Shown: in pieces, positions 61,855-64,000 of the stretch
How the letters are laid out: each line of letters opens with the position of its first letter
Numbering within the stretch: position 1 is the stretch's first letter
Assembly (NCBI GenBank): GCA_963815115.1
Contig: CAWFFN010000009.1
Location: 256,001-320,000, forward strand
Source of the DNA: an uncultured delta proteobacterium
Lineage (GTDB): Bacteria > Desulfobacterota > Binatia > DP-6
Direction of reading: 5' to 3'
DNA: 64,000 bases
Notes under the pieces: generated by a model
Database searches by the model: none
What the model saw: only the letters and a program-made list of their open reading frames with translations
Told to the model about the DNA's origin: nothing
Made by a program: the position numbers and the translations under genes

Positions 61855-62227
61855 CGCACGAGCGAGATCGCTCTGGCGCTCGTGGATCGGCGAAGGCATC
61901 GAGGTGGTCGCGCCGGGCCTGTTCGTCTTCGAGTGCGCGGCGGCCCTCCGTCGGATGCTCGTTCGACACGATCTCCGAGAGGGCCAGGCCCGAACTGCGC
62001 TCGACCTGCTCCTCGGCATGCCCGTGGCACTTCGAGCGCCGGAAGGACTGGTCGAGCGCGCCTGGGACCTCGCGAAGGACCTTGCCCGCCCGACCGCGTA
62101 CGATTGCTTCTACCTCGCAGTGGCCGAGCTCCTCGAGATCGAGTGCTGGACGGCCGATCGTCGCCTCTTCAATGCTGTTCAGCCGAAGAAGCCTTGGCTG
62201 CGCCATCTCGACGAGCACGGAGCATAG
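61787..62227 (+). CDS. vapC: VapC family PIN-domain toxin
   Basis: VDASLALK, YDCFYLAVAE and WTADRRL motifs; follows the antitoxin. Confidence 0.9.
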   Translation: MRGGMVCVDASLALKLLVVEGDSARARSLWRSWIGEGIEVVAPGLFVFECAAALRRMLVRHDLREGQARTALDLLLGMPVALRAPEGLVERAWDLAKDLARPTAYDCFYLAVAELLEIECWTADRRLFNAVQPKKPWLRHLDEHGA

Positions 62228-62551
62228 GAACTTCGAACGGGGTATCGTGAAGGTTGACCGAACGCCCCATCCCGGACCTTCGCCGCATTTTCGCCCGCTC
62301 CGTAACAAGGCCTCCCGACCCGCCGCATGCTCGACAGTTGCTCGTCAGACAGCTCGGTGGCGGAGGCCCCGCTCCGTCGGCCGCTTGCAAATGCAAGTCG
62401 GGGTCGTGGGGCCTTGAGCTCACCCGCCATCATCGCGGGCAGGGGCGCGGCTTCTCACCGCCATCTCTGTTCACGTTGACATCGCGACCTGGGCCGTGCT
62501 CTAGTTGTACTCCAAGATATCCTAGGTAGGTGTCGAGCCAGGGGGAAAACT

Positions 62552-64000
62552 ATGACCTCATGCGGAAAGTCGATCGTGGGCTCGCAGCGAACGGTGTTCA
62601 TCGCCCTTTCTGCTATCGGTTGGGGCCTGGCATGCTTGGGGGGTTCAGCTGTCGGTGCAGCTACCTTCACCTTCACCAAGATCGCGGACACCTCGACTCG
62701 TGCCCCGGGGTTCGACCCGCCTCTAAACCTCTACGGATTCTCGGAACCCGCTCTGGACGGCGACAACGTGGTTTTCGGGGCGATTCCGAATAGAGGAGGG
62801 TGGTACGGCATCTTCTTGCACGATGGAGCTGACCTGCGTGCTGTCGCCAAGGGGGGAGATTCCGGTCTCCCTGGAGCGGGCGAGATATTGGCATTCTTGC
62901 GTCCCTCGATCTCTGGGGATGCCGTGGCGGTCTCCTATGAGAGGTCCGCCAATGGTGGTGGCGTGCTGCGGTGTGAGAATGGCACTTGCGAAGTGATCGT
63001 CTCGTCGGAGACGCCCGCTGTTGGGTTCTTCATCTACCCGCCGAGTCTGAGCGGCCACAAGGTCGCGTTCTACTCCCAACCAGCCGGCGTGCCGGGCCCC
63101 AGTACCCGGCTGCTCGTCGCCGGGCCGGGCGGGGTTGTCAAGGTCGCCGATCAGGACACGGATCTCCCCGGGGTCATCGGCAAGTTCAGGGGTTACTTCG
63201 ACGGGGTCGATAGCTGGCCAATGCTGGTCGGGGATGACGTTTGCTTCACCTCCGCGACGTCCTTGGACTACATGGGCGTCTTCCTGTTCCAAGGCGGCGT
63301 GTTTCGCACGATCGTGGACAATCGCCCCCCCGCCCTACTACCCGACGGCTACACCTTGAACTTTGTGGAGAACATCGCGTTCGACGGCACAGCCGTGCTG
63401 ATCAACACCAGTCTCAGCGGCATCTACATTGATCGCGGCAGCGGCCTGGTGACCGAGCAGTCGGTGGCCGAGCCAGTCTCCGGTGTCCCGAGTTCGCAAT
63501 GGTTCGCCTTCAGTGGTGCCGCATTCTCGGGTGGGCACGTTGCCTTCGTAGGGGTGTTCTACGATACGAACACTGGACAGTTTCACACGGGCCTCTTCTC
63601 GAACATCGATGGCAGCTATCGTCCCCTGCTCTTGGATGGCGACACGCTCGACGGCAAGACACTGCTGTCCACTAGCGAGCTTCATCCAGTAACTTTCGGG
63701 ATCGGGCGACAGGGGGTGCGAGGCAACGACATCGCGTTCGTTGCGTACTTCGATGATGGCTCCGGGGGTTACACTGAAGGTGTCTATGTTGCGCACGCAT
63801 TGACGACAACAACGACCACGACGACAACCAGCACATCGACCTCGACGACGTCTTCTACCTCCAGTACAACGTCGACCACGACGACGACGGTCCCTGAGAG
63901 AGCCCCCCAGGCCAAGTGTCTGGTTGGCAAGAACAAGTGCATGGCGACGAAGGCTAACGCCCTCCTCAAGTGCGAGCAGAAGGCCGAGTCACCTGGAAGG
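62552..64000 (+). CDS. Secreted beta-repeat protein with Thr/Ser linker and Cys/Lys-rich C-terminal domain; runs off the window (absent from the ORF track)
   Basis: Open frame from ATG 62552 (GGGGGA SD) to the end; signal peptide, FTKIADT, repeated P.L.G..V.F and G.F units, poly-T/S linker, then KCLVGKNKCMATKANALLKCEQKA. Confidence 0.85.
   Translation, partial: MTSCGKSIVGSQRTVFIALSAIGWGLACLGGSAVGAATFTFTKIADTSTRAPGFDPPLNLYGFSEPALDGDNVVFGAIPNRGGWYGIFLHDGADLRAVAKGGDSGLPGAGEILAFLRPSISGDAVAVSYERSANGGGVLRCENGTCEVIVSSETPAVGFFIYPPSLSGHKVAFYSQPAGVPGPSTRLLVAGPGGVVKVADQDTDLPGVIGKFRGYFDGVDSWPMLVGDDVCFTSATSLDYMGVFLFQGGVFRTIVDNRPPALLPDGYTLNFVENIAFDGTAVLINTSLSGIYIDRGSGLVTEQSVAEPVSGVPSSQWFAFSGAAFSGGHVAFVGVFYDTNTGQFHTGLFSNIDGSYRPLLLDGDTLDGKTLLSTSELHPVTFGIGRQGVRGNDIAFVAYFDDGSGGYTEGVYVAHALTTTTTTTTTSTSTSTTSSTSSTTSTTTTTVPERAPQAKCLVGKNKCMATKANALLKCEQKAESPGR
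63803..63889 (+). repeat. Low-complexity ACG/TCG repeat encoding a Thr/Ser linker
   Basis: TTTTTTTTTSTSTSTTSSTSSTTSTTTTT in the open frame. Confidence 0.85.

Noticed and set aside
62390-62725. tRNA-like fragments (CACCCGCCA and GGGGTTCGACCC)
   Set aside because: No cloverleaf can be built; the second lies inside the secreted-protein reading frame
63803-63889. ACG-rich repeats as a possible CRISPR array or VNTR
   Set aside because: No repeat-spacer structure; they encode a Thr/Ser linker, and no cas genes are in the window

Overview
Very GC-rich bacterial chromosomal window. The ffh-rpsP-khpA-rimM-trmD-SPOUT-rplS order, tandem DUF507 genes and many lipid-catabolism genes suggest a Deltaproteobacteria-like lineage, possibly Candidatus Binatia (inference only). 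Most of it is housekeeping: pckG, miaB, moaBDE, groESL, a peptidoglycan-recycling cluster, yggS-proC-yggT-yggU, oxoprolinase A/B and tRNA-Val(CAC). Main non-routine observations: (1) a clear fluoride riboswitch upstream of short ORFs and a NYN-domain nuclease instead of a fluoride exporter; (2) an ~8 kb convergent cassette (PadR regulator, ABC ATPase, two paralogous FtsX permeases, one frameshifted, and an orphan alpha-oxoamine synthase) bracketed by an inverted 15/17-bp motif containing TTGACA; (3) two conserved genes (trmD, oxoprolinase A) with no usable canonical start, probably beginning at CTG in CTGA stop/start overlaps; (4) a recurring promoter layout that predicts many leaderless mRNAs; (5) a catalytically degenerate dihydroorotate dehydrogenase homolog; (6) an accessory right end with a Phd-VapC module and a secreted repeat protein that runs off the window. 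No CRISPR array, rRNA, integrase or transposase was seen. All calls come from reading the sequence; no searches were run.
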